A stretch of 64,000 nucleotides of DNA, from positions 50,890,713 through 50,954,712 of the forward strand of contig NC_068999.1 in the NCBI RefSeq assembly GCF_001194135.2. Direction: 5' to 3'. Positions 15,520-28,077 of this stretch are shown here, piece by piece. Made by a program: the position numbers and the translations under genes. The first letter of the stretch is position 1. Each line of letters opens with the position of its first letter. The DNA is from Octopus bimaculoides (Eukaryota). The notes under the pieces were generated by a model that did not search any database, was not told the DNA's origin, and worked only from the letters and a program-made list of their open reading frames with translations.

Positions 15520-15780
15520 ATGTGGCAGGCGCTCGGCTATGTGCACCGCAAGCACACGAAGAAACCAACTAGAGTCTTCTTTGAATAGAGTAGAAGCCGA
15601 CAAGGGATAGTAGAAACGAATTAGGTCTGTGAAAATATATTTGAGGCTTGTGGAGAGGTATTCGAGCAGATGTGGTCCGGGCCAAGAAGCAGAATCGTAA
15701 GAAGTCTTGTAACCTTACTCGTTGGAGAGTTCCCAACAGCGTAAGGTCCAAGGGAGAAGGAAGAAATAAGGCTAGGATGA
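15520..15780 (+). mobile_element. Possible decayed RTE-type LINE 3' end
   Basis: Translates QMWQALGYVHRK..KPTRVFFE* and AKKQNRKK, loosely like the RWxWLGHVxR ... AxNRxxWR C-terminus of RTE ORF2; weak, broken frames. Confidence 0.3.
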
Positions 15781-16647
15781 ATTTTAAATTAATTGTTGGG
15801 TATGTATTAATTGTCCCCTTATATGGTTCTTTAAATAATGGGCACTAATATTTCTTATTCCTTCATTGGACGTTTGTGCGTATTAGCTTCAATATTTCGA
15901 TTGCAAAGTTATATACAGTGATGAACACACACATACGTTTACACACACACACACATTTCAAATCTATGCTGTAATATTCTTTCCCAAACTGCCACACTGT
16001 GTCATTGAACAATAATCTATTTGCATTTGAATCAAACTTTCTTAAACACACTAACTCTTGCACCACAATTGAACACGAAAGCAAAGAACACAAGCTTTCA
16101 ATGGGGCATTGACGTCATATGGCATTCCCTTTATCCATTAACGACGTATACGAATATGAATGTATGGACTTCCCATAATTACCTCGATATTCACCGAAGT
16201 CTTTTCCTGAAATAAAGCATGGTGTATAGCGGCCAAATAAATAACACATGTTGTGTACTGACCTTCCATGGCAGACTGATTTTCATTTTACTATAAGAAT
16301 TTGAACTCTGATCATCAGATTAAACTCTTGTTAGTTCTGCGATATCACCGACACCGCGAGTGGATATTATGACAGGCCTATTGTGGTTACTTACAGTTAC
16401 ATAAAATAGCTAATTATGATGCACGAATGAAGAAGTCTCAACGCTATGGACAGCATACTAGAAACAGCAGCAAAACTAGTCTCAAATCTTATCATAGCGT
16501 TTCAAAAACGGTAGGGCATTGTATAATGTAGTTTTGTTTGTATTTGAAAATTCGGCTTGTCATGATTAGAAAGAAATTTGACGATTTATCTTCTCTTGTA
16601 AGGCCGACGAGGAACTAAAAATAAAAGGAAACAAACCGGTGCCAATA

Positions 16648-16871
16648 TGTTACTTCAAATTTTGGTACAAAGTTAGCAGTTTATTGTTATGGGGTTGTTT
16701 TTAGTCGATTACATCCACCTCGATATTTGACTGGTACTTTATTATATCGACTTCGAAAGGAGAAAATGCAAATTTGAACTCGATACTGTTCGAACTCAGA
16801 ACAGAAAGAGCAGCACGAAATTAGCCAAGAATTTCTGTCCGACACGCTAACGGTTCCTTTAGCTCGCCGCC
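16648..16871 (-). mobile_element. SINE family A, near full length, diverged
   Basis: Ends in AGCTCGCCGCC (head GGCGGCGAGCT on -); TAGTCGATTACATC...CTGGTACTTTATT...GAACTCAGAAC body. Confidence 0.8.
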
Positions 16872-17859
16872 TTACATTTTAGCAATTATTAAGTGTATTT
16901 TTACATAAAGAGAATGCAGTCACTGTTCACGAATTAGCGTCTTTTCTTCTAGTTGTTGTGAGTCTCTAATAAATTCAATTGAGATAAAGTTCGAAAACAT
17001 GAAAAAAAAAAAAAAAGAAGTGCATTTAATCACGTTTATTATCGAAAAGTTTCATATAACGGAAAAACACGATTCGAATATGAATTTATTAACTCACTAA
17101 TGAAAGTGCGAGACCTTGGAAAAGCTTTCATATCAATAAGTGAAGTAAATATTTGTTACAGATTGTCTGTAATTTTAAAATAAGCTGTAAGTCTAGAATC
17201 TAGAATATTATTGACACACCTAGTGAGCTGTTTACGGCGGATATTAAAGCTTTGGGTTAGTCACCACTTCATAGCGGCTATATTTTAGATGTTATCCATC
17301 ACAAGTTCACCTTTAACTTTGCGTCATGTGTTCACTAAACAATACCATAGAAAATAAGCTCTGTAACCCGTAATATTGTTTCTCTTTTACTTTTACTCTC
17401 CGGCGAAATGAGAATATAAAAATATATATAAAAAAAGAAATCAATCACGTTAGGCATTGATGTTATTGCATTTTAGAAATCATTTTTACAGATATAATAC
17501 TTCCTAGGTTTTGTAGCAGTGTTTTAATATTGCTGGAATTCAAAAGATTCTTATTTTGTTTTTTAAAAAAAGCAGAAAGAAGAAAAGCACACTGTTCGTA
17601 TATTACGTTATTTACTACGTCAGGGCACAGAAGAAGAAGAGGTAAACGTTTTCGCACAAATTGTCCGTGATCTAGTTTCATCTATCAGCTGAAGTTAGGT
17701 CATATGACCACTACTGCCAATGGCAGGCTATGATACGACTATAGCACACAATCTTCAGATCTACAATTTAACTCTTTTCATATTAGTACTTACTTATTGC
17801 TTCAATTATTATATTTGGTTGTTGAAGTTCCTTGGTTTTAAGAAAAGATCTCAGCTAAA

Positions 17860-18066
17860 ATCATCATTTTTACTCTCTTGAAAGTTTTGGGGAGCGGGGC
17901 CAGTCGCTTAGATGACTCCAGTACTAAACTGGTACTTAATTAATCGGCCCCAAAAGGACGAAAGGCAAAATCGACCTCGGTGAAATTTGAACTCAGAGCA
18001 TAGAGACAGACGAAATACCGCTAAGCATTTCGCCCGGCGTGCTAACGTTTCTGCCAGCTCGCCGCC
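17860..18066 (-). mobile_element. SINE family A, full-length tRNA-headed copy
   Basis: Minus strand GGCGGCGAGCTGGCAGAAACGTTAGCACGCCGGGCGAAATGCTTAGCGG (A-box-like TGGCAGAAACG), B-box-like GAGTTCAAATT, body AGGTCGATTTTGCCTTTCGTCC; repeated elsewhere in the window. Confidence 0.9.
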
Positions 18067-19062
18067 TTGGAACAGCTAAACTAATACCACCTCGATGTAA
18101 GTGCGTTGCATAAATCCTATTTAGACTTGCGCAGGAGCTCTGTATTACACTGCTCATATAAATTTCAATCAATAATAATAATTATTATAATTCTTAGCTG
18201 CAACTATAGCATATGAAATTTTAAAAATGCGTGATCGAAATACCAACGAGGTTGATGACTATGATATTAAGATGAGTAAAAAATATAAAGAAACCAATTT
18301 TCTGAACAGACCTCCCACTGTGTAGTTATGCTAATACACTTATAAGAAAAAAACCAAGTTATACAAAATGTAGCATATTTTATGTAATTCTTTTTAAGAA
18401 TACATTTCTACTTTAACGCAAATATATTAGAAATATATTATTATGAAGAATTAACTCCATAATTCAAGTAAGCAAGGAATTCATTTTATCAATATACTAG
18501 TTAAGAATATTAATATCTTCGTTCTAGCGGGATTTTTTCCTGGTTGGTAGAATGAGTACCAAACATGTGCATTAATAGTCTCTTACGTTGGTTATGTAAT
18601 TACCCAAAGAGAACTTGAACGTTGGAATTCGAGGTAAAAGGGCAGAATGGCTTAAGCAGGAATTCACATCGGATCAAACATTTGAGAAGAACTGTAACGC
18701 AGGTGTTTTCTCTCTCTCTCTCTCTCTCTCTNNNNNNNNNNNNNNNNNNNNNNNNNNNNNNNNNNNNNNNNNNNNNNNNNNNNNNNNNNNNNNNNNNNNN
18801 NNNNNNNNNNNNNNNNNNNNNNNNNNNNNNNNNNNNNNNNNNNNNNNNNNNNNNNNNNNNNNNNNNNNNNNNNNNNNNNNNNNNNNNNNNNNNNNNNNNN
18901 NNNNNNNNNNNNNNNNNNNNNNNNNNNNNNNNNNNNNNNNNNNNNNNNNNNNNNNNNNNNNNNNNNNNNNNNNNNNNNNNNNNNNNNNNNNNNNNNNNNN
19001 NNNNNNNNNNNNNNNNNNNNNNNNNNNNNNNNNNNNNNATATATATATATATAAGATCGTGG

Positions 19063-19440
19063 GACCCAATGGCCCAGTGATTAGGGTTAGGGCAGCGGAC
19101 ACGCGGTCGTAGGATCGCGGTTTCGATTCCCAAACCGGGCGTTTTGAGTATTTATTGAGCGAAAACACCTAAAGCGCCACGAGGCTCCGGTAGGGGGTGG
19201 TGGTGAACCCTGCTGTACCACCACAACTTTCTCTCACTTTTTCTTCCTGTTTTTCTTGTACTTTTATTTCAAACGGCCAGACTTGTCACACTCTATGTCA
19301 TGCTGAATCTCCCCAAGAGCTACATTAAGGGTACACGTGTCTCTGGAGTGCTCAGTCACTTGCACATTAATTTCACGAGCAGGCTGTTCCGTTGATCGGA
19401 TCAACTGGAACCCTCGTCATCGTAACAGACGGGGTGCCAC
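19063..19440 (+). mobile_element. SINE family C, apparently full length
   Basis: tRNA-like head (TGGCCCAGTG A-box, GGTTTCGATTCCC B-box); its 3' part matches the reverse complement of 30534-30750. Confidence 0.9.
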
Positions 19441-21759
19441 GACGATACATTAGATCCATTCAGAAGGTCTTTCTACTCACAAAAAATTGTTATTCTTGGC
19501 TGTCCTGATTTCACTATTGTTTAGTATGCGTTTCAGATCCTTTGACGGAATGATTTAAATTCTTTTATTATGCAAAACACTGTGAAGTAAGCAAATCATT
19601 TACAATATTTTTATTTTTTCCATTAAAATGATAATTCCCCGTTTGGTTCTATGTCGAATCACTGTTCTTTCTGAACCAGTTTAAGATGTTTATTGATTTT
19701 CGCAACCAAAATATGAGATAGACTACAAGTTTGTTTGGTATTGACGCAGTACTAAAATTGGTTTCGTAAATATCATAAACGTTGTCTCTTTTAAGTGAGG
19801 GATGATGGTAAGCATTCCAGCTGTGATCGTTCCAAATTTTGTTTCAGTTATATGGTATCTTGGTGTATATTATTCATTTTTCAAAGACAGTAATATATGA
19901 TTTAAAGGAAATTTAACTATTCGAGCAAAACTTTATGCATCTTTGTTAGCTCTACAAAAGAACTAGTTACCATTGAAAGACTTGAATATAAACATTGACC
20001 TCACCCCATGAAAAAGAAAAACACTACCCATTGTTATAAAGGTTAGTTTATAAATCACATGTTTTGTTCTTTTCTTTGATATAATGACAAGACTGCTGAT
20101 TTTATTGAAAAGAAATAACGTAAACGTTTCACTTATTTTTCAAGAGTAATTGGGAAATAAAATTAAATTGAATTACTACATCCAAGAGCCTGAACCGTAT
20201 TGAAACTGTACTGGAATCTAGCCATTAAAGTAAATAACATTTAATGAGAAAAAAAGCAGCACTCTTGAATGGATTCTAAACAAAAACTCAACTTATTTCC
20301 ATTAAGCATATTCAGGTTCGCATCTGTTTTTCTGGCAGTTGTACCAGTATTTAATGAGAAACGGGACAATTACCTTTAAAGGAGGCAATTAAGTATAAAA
20401 CATTTAACGGATCGGTAGCTAAGCCAATATAGATTTGTACTTGCAAACCAGATCGGAAGCAAGCACTCATTTAGTCAGGCAATAATTATTGTCTATGAGA
20501 TTCTCTCCCACTCTGGTACAGAGACGAGAGCGAAACATATGGTACCAAGGCAGAAACGTCCTGTAAACCACTGAGCAGTCTCTAGCGATAAACAATTTTG
20601 ATCAAGTCGAGTCAAGTGTGCGCTGAAAGCAGCTGGTAACAGAGACTACATCATTTCACTTGAATAATTGTGATACAAACTGAAATCAATACACGCCGAA
20701 GTCAATTGTTTACTGTCTCTAGTTACGGTTGAATTGCTACTCTGTAAATTATGGTGTGTGATTATATACGCTTTTAATTTTACATGGAGTATACTACTAT
20801 AGAGAGACATAATGGACACATGCAGTAACTAAATAAGAACAAATTCTATACGACAGCGACGCCAGATTTATTGGTTGTGTGTTCGTGTCCAAGCTTCATT
20901 AAGATGACATGTCAAGGGGAAATAAACGAATGTCTTCCGATTTCTGTTCACGCAGTTTAAAAGTTTCATTATATATATTTTCATTACATGCACTTAATTA
21001 CTATGTGAGAAACCAGTTTTATATACCTTAGATATAAGTAAGCAATTCGATTTTCCGTTATCTCGCTTATAATTTAATCAATCAATAATACTAGTTATGG
21101 GAAACATCTGCTTAGTCAACAAACTGCAAGAAATAGCAACCATATCTTACTGAAAGCACAACGTACTGTCTTGTATAAAGAAGCACTCGACGAATATTCG
21201 GACATCGGAGAGCTGATAACTCTAAAATGATGCGAAAGCCATCAATCTCATCTCATAAGTTTAACCCAATATGATTGAAAGAAGGTTAAGCAACAAAATC
21301 TACAGCATTAAACATAAGGATACATATTTCTCTGTTTATTACAGTCATCTCAATTCCTTAGTGAGATGTGAATTTAACCCGCTTTGAATATAATATAGTA
21401 ATCGTTATCTCAATGCAACCAGTTACCCTAAATCGTGCACTTTATCTCATTCATCTCATTAGATGAGTTTCAGTTCATTCATTAATAATTTATTTTATCC
21501 AGTAGTCGCAATGAAAACGCAAATTACTGGATCAATAAAATGCTGGACAATCAGTTTAGCAGTTCAGCATTGTATTGTATTGCCACTTGAGTTATGATAA
21601 GTTATCTCAAAAACACTGACGAATCATTATATTCAATCTATGTGCTAAGTAGGAACCACAGGTTACAGTGGATCATGTTTGAATCAACATAGATCTTAAG
21701 AGATGACACAAAGGCTATACAACCCAGTTGAAACCATCAGTAAAAGCAAAAAAGTCGAC

Positions 21760-22446
21760 GTTAGCTAATAGTGAAGCCTATCAAGTTTTTTTTTTTATAA
21801 GCATAGGCTTACGCTCTTGTAAGTCTACAATTTCGTCATCTTCTGGGGTACAATTTTATTCCTCACGCAATATCAGAGGAAACAGAAATATATTTGTCAG
21901 AAGACATGGCACCCACCGAATAGAAACCTTCATCACGCCATGTTCATTGGGCACAATATTCTCAACTTTCTCATGAGATAGGCTAATAGCATTTGCTATT
22001 TGATTCATAGTCAATCGCCTGTCATCCATCTGCATATAATGAATAAAATCAACGTTTTCCTTGGTAGTGACAGTTGTAGAACGATCAGGCTTTGGAGCTT
22101 CTTCAAGGCTCTCCCTTCCCCTCCTAAATTCAGCTACGTACGTCGGTACTATTGAAAAGCTGGAGCATCGTTCAACAATGTAACAACCATGTCAACATGA
22201 ATGCACTTGAGGTCCAAACCCATTTTCATATGGTTCGTGATAACACCACGATGTCAAATTTTGGTAATTTTCAAGAGAAATTGCTACCAGTTATATTTAG
22301 CGCTTCTCTGAATATTCAGACATCATATTATCTGAAAAGAAAAAAATTGCAGTAACTAATAAGAAAGGTTGAAAGTAATGCGTGCAAGATTTCAGAGCTC
22401 CAACATCATTTCTTCATAGCGTACGGTCTTTCCAGCTTACCTTCAT
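21760..22446 (-). mobile_element. Mariner deletion derivative (transposase N-terminus only)
   Basis: Minus strand translates HRGVI...AEFRRGRESLEEAP...DDRRLTMNQIANAISLS...KVSIRWVPCLLT (WVPxLL motif at 21895-21914); mariner TIR-like TTTCCAGCTTACCTTCATA at about 22428-22446; no catalytic domain. Confidence 0.8.
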
Positions 22447-22470
22447 ATGTGTATGCGTACACACACACAC

Positions 22471-22506
<36 letters not shown>

Positions 22507-22943
22507 NNNNNNNNNNNNNNNNNNNNNNNNNNNNNNNNNNNNNNNNNNNNNNNNNNNNNNNNNNNNNNNNNNNNNNNNNNNNNNNNNNNNNNNNNNNNNN
22601 NNNNNNNNNNNNNNNNNNNNNNNNNNNNNNNNNNNNNNNNNNNNNNNNNNNNNNNNNNNNNNNNNNNNNNNNNNNNNNNNNNNNNNNNNNNNNNNNNNNN
22701 NNNNNNNNNNNNNNNNNNNNNNNNNNNNNNNNNNNNNNNNNNNNNNNNNNNNNNNNNNNNNNNNNNNNNNNNNNNNNNNNNNNNNNNNNNNNNNNNNNNN
22801 NNNNNNNNNNNNNNNNNNNNNNNNNNNNNNNNNNNNNNNNNNNNNNNNNNNNNNNNNNNNNNNNNNNNNNNNNNNNNNNNNNNNNNNNNNNNNNNNNNNN
22901 NNNNNNNNNNNNNNNNNNNNNNNNNNNNNNNNNNNNNNNNNNN

Positions 22944-22975
<32 letters not shown>

Positions 22976-23032
22976 TGTGTGTGTGTGCGTGTGTGTGTGC
23001 GTGTGTGTGTGTATGTATATATGTATATATCA

Positions 23033-23560
23033 CGAAAGCGAAGAACAAGAAAAAGCAAGAAAGCAACAGGGTTGGACAGATAGTGTATTAGTTTAACACA
23101 TTGAAAAATTTGAGAAAGTGTCTACACTTTTCAGAGGCTAGTTCTTCATCAGAAGTAAAACAGGCACAAAAGTTAAATATAAGGAGAAAGTGCATTAGAA
23201 AATATTGATGGAATGAAAAATTATTTAAAGATGCGAGCAAGATGATAAGGGATTAGACGGTATTGCAAAAATACGGGTTGCAATAGGTAGGGAGAGTGTG
23301 TGTCGATGTATTGAGAAAGCCAAGAGGAAAGTATGTTTATGTGTATAGGGTTGTGCGAGAGTAAGAGTGTGTAGTAGTAGTAGTAGTAAAGCGAGGCACT
23401 GAAAAATGAACTCAATACTTCAAAGTCTTGCAATGGACAATCATCAGTCTTTGTATTAGAAAAATTCAAAAGACGGCAGGAAAAAACTATTCATGTAATT
23501 GCTTTCAATTCTGAAGCAATATAAATTTGTTATAAAATCCTCTTAATGCGCTGAGTTCTT
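23033..23560 (-). mobile_element. Penelope-like/retrozyme-like non-coding repeat with a degenerate hammerhead core
   Basis: Minus strand CTGATGA-13nt-GAAA at 23152-23129; downstream GTGTTAAACTAATACA resembles GTGTTATATTAATACA of the 49.6-kb copy; ends at a TA/TG array. The upstream boundary is uncertain. Confidence 0.5.
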
Positions 23561-23637
23561 CCATCTGGTGAGTTCATTACTTCCGTTGTACATAACACAT
23601 TTTGAAGATCTATCTATCTATCTATCCCCCCTCTCTA

Positions 23638-23728
<91 letters not shown>

Positions 23729-24084
23729 ACATACGCATACAGACCCATATATATATATATATGTATTTGAACGTTTGTGCCATGCATGGTGAAATTTGCT
23801 TAAAGTACATAAGCAGTTAAAAGATGTATTGAAAGATATATCAATTTATTTCGTGGTTTAATCGAATTGCAAGTAAAGTGTGCTTGGCAATGTGGCATTA
23901 ATTGTTTAAAGTGATTGAATGGTCTGGCAGTCAAGACAATCCAGTACAGACTTGTTATTAAATCTGTAGCAAACACATTGTGTCATGAGACAAACATCTT
24001 TCTGCGTCTCCATTCGTGTGTTGCTATATATTTCAATTTGAATGAACGCAGGTACATACGTTTGCTCATTTACACGCACATACG

Positions 24085-24171
<87 letters not shown>
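24085..24171. repeat. (CA)n microsatellite
   Basis: Direct reading. Confidence 0.97.
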
Positions 24172-24173
<2 letters not shown>

Positions 24174-26088
24174 CTATATATATTTAAACTAAAAAAGAGA
24201 GAAGAGAGAGATAATTATATATCTATCTGTATGTATTAGAATAACACCTACGAAAATGTTATAAGCAAAACATTCAAAAGAGATGTTTCAAGAATTGAAT
24301 CACTACTACTATCCACGACTCTAAATGTCATCCCATAAATAATGCGGTTTTTTATACTTCTTATATTTTTGAAAATTCAGATAGACAAAGTTCTTTTTAA
24401 TCTAAAATATGCTATCTTTCATTATCTACAATGCTCTTCCATCTATCTGGTAGACTTGGAAGGCCCCTCTCCCCTAAAAAACTTGTCCTTGAAGAAAAAT
24501 ACTCCTCTAAGACTCTTCTGTTTTTCTGTCCGAATTATTTCGAAGACTGTATAGTAACTCTAATTTATATTCGTATTTACCACAGATTTCATATTTCCAA
24601 TACGATAATTGCAAGATGTTCGTATTTTTATCATGAGGATGCAATATACCGGTGTGTGTTAATATCTATTTATAGCAAACGTGACCAACTTGATTAAGGA
24701 ATGCATTACAGTCAGAATTCGAATTTTTCACCAGAAGATTTATAGACCATCTCACAGTTGTACATTGCTGTTTGTCCAAAATCCACAACTTGGACTATAT
24801 GAAATCAGTAAATGTTGTCTGTATGTTTATTTAAGCACCATCCTGTGTTATAGATGTTATCTTCCGCTTGAGTTGCACATTTGAAATGAATTTCAATAAA
24901 GTATAGGGGTGTTGTCCACTAATGTTTTCCTACCTAGTTTTCTCTTCTGTTTTATGATGCAGTGTTTTGAAATTGCTTCTTGGTGGAAGCGGAGTTTTAG
25001 AAGATAGGCCACAAATGACATTATCTGCCGTCGACTAGTAATGCTCTTACAAGGTATTACATAGAACAACGAGAATCTGCAAGGCAAGAGACCACACAAC
25101 TAGTCACTCAAGGAACACATCACACTTTCCGCACCAACGGCGAAATAGAAATTTTGCAGTGAGTTACAGAGATAACACAGTAAATAAATAATCCGATATT
25201 TTAGTAAAATATCGTTAAAAAACAGCAACCCTACATATTAAATCAAGAAACCGAAAGAGAACCTTATTGATCAACTGAATGTTAACAAAATACGGACCAA
25301 TTGGAAGTCACAGTATATAGTCTCGTGATACTGAATGTCAACTGTAATTGTAGGACAATGTGGTTGATATGCTATCAACGAAGGCGATTCCGGTGTTCAA
25401 TTTGATGTAATGGAAACAATGTAAAAATAATCTATATAAAGGCACTCGGGGACAGTCACATATGTAAAGAAAGAAACGCAGAAAGAAACTGTGAGAGAAA
25501 GTGAGAGAGACAGGTAGGCAGACAAAGAGAAAAAGAGAAAGAGAAAGTAGAGGATGGGAGAAAGAAAGAATTTAACGACATTAATTTACTAATCTCTACA
25601 TAGCTTCATACATCCGGAATGAATTAATACAGATCGGAACGAATAGCTTTCAACTGATTAGATTGAGGATTTAATTGTTTTCTTGTTTCTTATAATGGAG
25701 AAATAATCAACATTAAATCTCACACTAACAAGTTTGCCTACCTCATCATCATCACAATTCTACTTACTCTTATATTTGATTTTCTTCATTTATTTCTGGT
25801 GGAGGATTGGCCAATAATTGTTGCATGTCCCTATTTTCTAGCTTTCATTCTGTTGTTGTATCGTTTGTATATGTATTATAAAAGAAAAAAGAATAAAAAA
25901 AACATTCTGTCTGCCCTACTTTCTGCGGTAATGCAGAAAATAGGACAGATTATATTGCACCCAGTTGTGTGATAAATAATTTTTATCGTTGAAGTGAAAT
26001 ACGGATTCAATGTGATTTACATTCTTTCAATGCATGGAATATGTTTACTGGTCCCACAGCAGTACACACATCACCTCTGTGTGTGTAC

Positions 26089-26134
<46 letters not shown>

Positions 26135-26384
26135 CTGTCTGTCTGACTGTCTATCTGTCTGTGTATGTATGTATATATGTGTGTGTGTGTATGTATGTAT
26201 CAGCCATTTCTGACAGGAATGTTTTACTTCCCTATTCGTATGGTGCTTTATTTTGATAACTCCTGAATCGTGAAAATTAAAAGTTCGTCCCAGGAGGAAT
26301 ACAACTCGAGTATTAAAGGCACTTAAATAAACATCACAAATTTGTTTTCTCTGACAATTTATATGATTGCTTTCTAACAACAAT

Positions 26385-26570
26385 TCAAAGATTAGGATAC
26401 AGAGGACTAGATTTATTTCACTATTGGACTAGCATTTTATTTCTTCTCAATAATACGAACGAATCAAACAGAAGACAGAGCTGAACACGCTCTGCAAAGC
26501 AACATGACTAAATACGGCAAGTCGTTTTAATGTCGAGCAAATGGTTCTGTCAATTTACCAACGATATTTC
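26385..26570 (-). mobile_element. Highly diverged SINE family A relic
   Basis: Collinear weak similarity to 17860-18066. Confidence 0.35.
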
Positions 26571-27039
26571 TTCTTTAATATATTCATAAGCATATGCGTC
26601 ACGAATGCAACATGAGCTATAAATATTTAGCATTTCTTCTTCAACAATGCACTGAATCCTGCAGACTTTTTGTGCAAAATTCCACACCCATCTGGGTAGA
26701 GGATAAACACATTAATTAAAACTACTCATTTGTAATTAATACCACACCTTAACATGATTAGTGACATGATCGGATATTACAACTCTTTACAAAACATGTC
26801 TAGTCTAGTAAAGATTGGTGTTGTATATTATGTAATAACATCCCGTTATATATAATGCATTAAACAATTAAATCATCAGCTTACAACTTTGAATAGGTGC
26901 GTGGACACTAAATGCACAACACAGGGTTACTTATACGCATAGTGAGAGTGTATATATATATATGTGTGTGTATACATATGCATATATATATATATATANN
27001 NNNNNNNNNNNNNNNNNNNNNNNNNNNNNNNNNNNNNNN

Positions 27040-27077
<38 letters not shown>

Positions 27078-28077
27078 CAGAGGTTGGAGAATATGATGGA
27101 AACACCTTAAAATTTGAAACAATTTTATTTTAATATTGTGTAGGACCGGCTTTGGTAGTAGCTGGACTTGTACAAAGTTTGCATTGTTTCCAAAGGAATT
27201 TTTGTCCATTCTGCAGCTAAAATAATCTCCAGTTCTTGTCGTGATGATCGTGGAGGATATTGACTCCTTACTTGTTTTTCTAAAATGCACAATAAATGTT
27301 CAATAATATCGAGATCTGGGGACTGCGGTGGTCAGATAAGATGTTCAATTTCACTAGAATGTTCCTTCTGCTATTCAGTAACAACTTTAGCTGTGTGAAT
27401 GGTGCATTATCATCCTGAAAGATTGCGTCTCTCTCCGGAAACAGTTCCGCAACCATAGGATGAATTCGATTAGATAAAATGCTTAAATAGTATTCACTAT
27501 TAATTCTGCTATGAAGGGAAACCATTGGACCGACGGATTTCCAAGATATAGCCTCCCAGATCATCACAGATCCTCCTCCATGCTTAACGGTTGGAAGAAG
27601 GCAGTCTGAGTCAAATGTTTCTTTTGGCTGCTCCCACACGTATACTCGGCTGGTGGTCGGAAATGAGGTAAAGGATGACTCCTCCGATAAAATAACATTC
27701 TTCCACTGCAATAGGGACCAATTCTGTTGGTTTTTTTCTCCACTCTAAACGCTTTGCACCGTTGGTTTTGAAAGCAGTGGCTTTCTAGTTGCAGCCCTCC
27801 CGTGAAATCCAGATTTGTACAGCTCTCGGCGAACAGTTATTGTGGAAACTGTGTTCTCGAGGTGGCCATTAATCTATGCAGTAATTTTAGGAGCTGTACT
27901 TTTGTGATCTTTTCTAACAAATCGCTCAAGAGTCCGACGGTCCCTATCTGAAAGTTTTGGTTTCCTTTCGGAGTTTTGTTTCGACGAGGAGGCTTTTCCT
28001 CTTTCTCAAAGGCTGTCATTACGTTCAAGACAGTACTCCTTGATACACCATATATTTCGGCTGTTTCCGTTCGCTAG
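27078..28077 (-). mobile_element. Tc1-like transposon remnant with pseudogenised DD36E transposase
   Basis: ORF 27280-27711 has W.NVILSEES, PTVKHGGGSVMIW and FQDDNAP; after a 1-bp deletion it continues IHTAKVVTE*QKEHSSEIEHLI*PPQSPDLDIIE. HTH-region residues (GVSRSTV, LSDRDRR, TVRREL) at 27720-28077. One TIR (CAGAGGTTGGAGAATATGATGGAAACACC) starts at 27078 after TA; the other end is lost. Confidence 0.93.

Noticed and set aside
16604-16645. CCGACGAG...GAAAC, a second U4C hammerhead candidate
   Set aside because: No stem II pairing and no C before GAAA
19079-19090. TTAGGGTTAGGG telomere-like dimer
   Set aside because: Only two units, explained by a 6-bp duplication in a SINE head
17860-19140. 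tRNA genes
   Set aside because: The A/B-box segments are SINE heads joined to SINE bodies and do not give a complete cloverleaf
25194-25214. 21-bp AT-rich palindrome CGATATTTTA-G-TAAAATATCG (similar short ones near 8252 and 44586)
   Set aside because: Length is within chance expectation for AT-rich DNA
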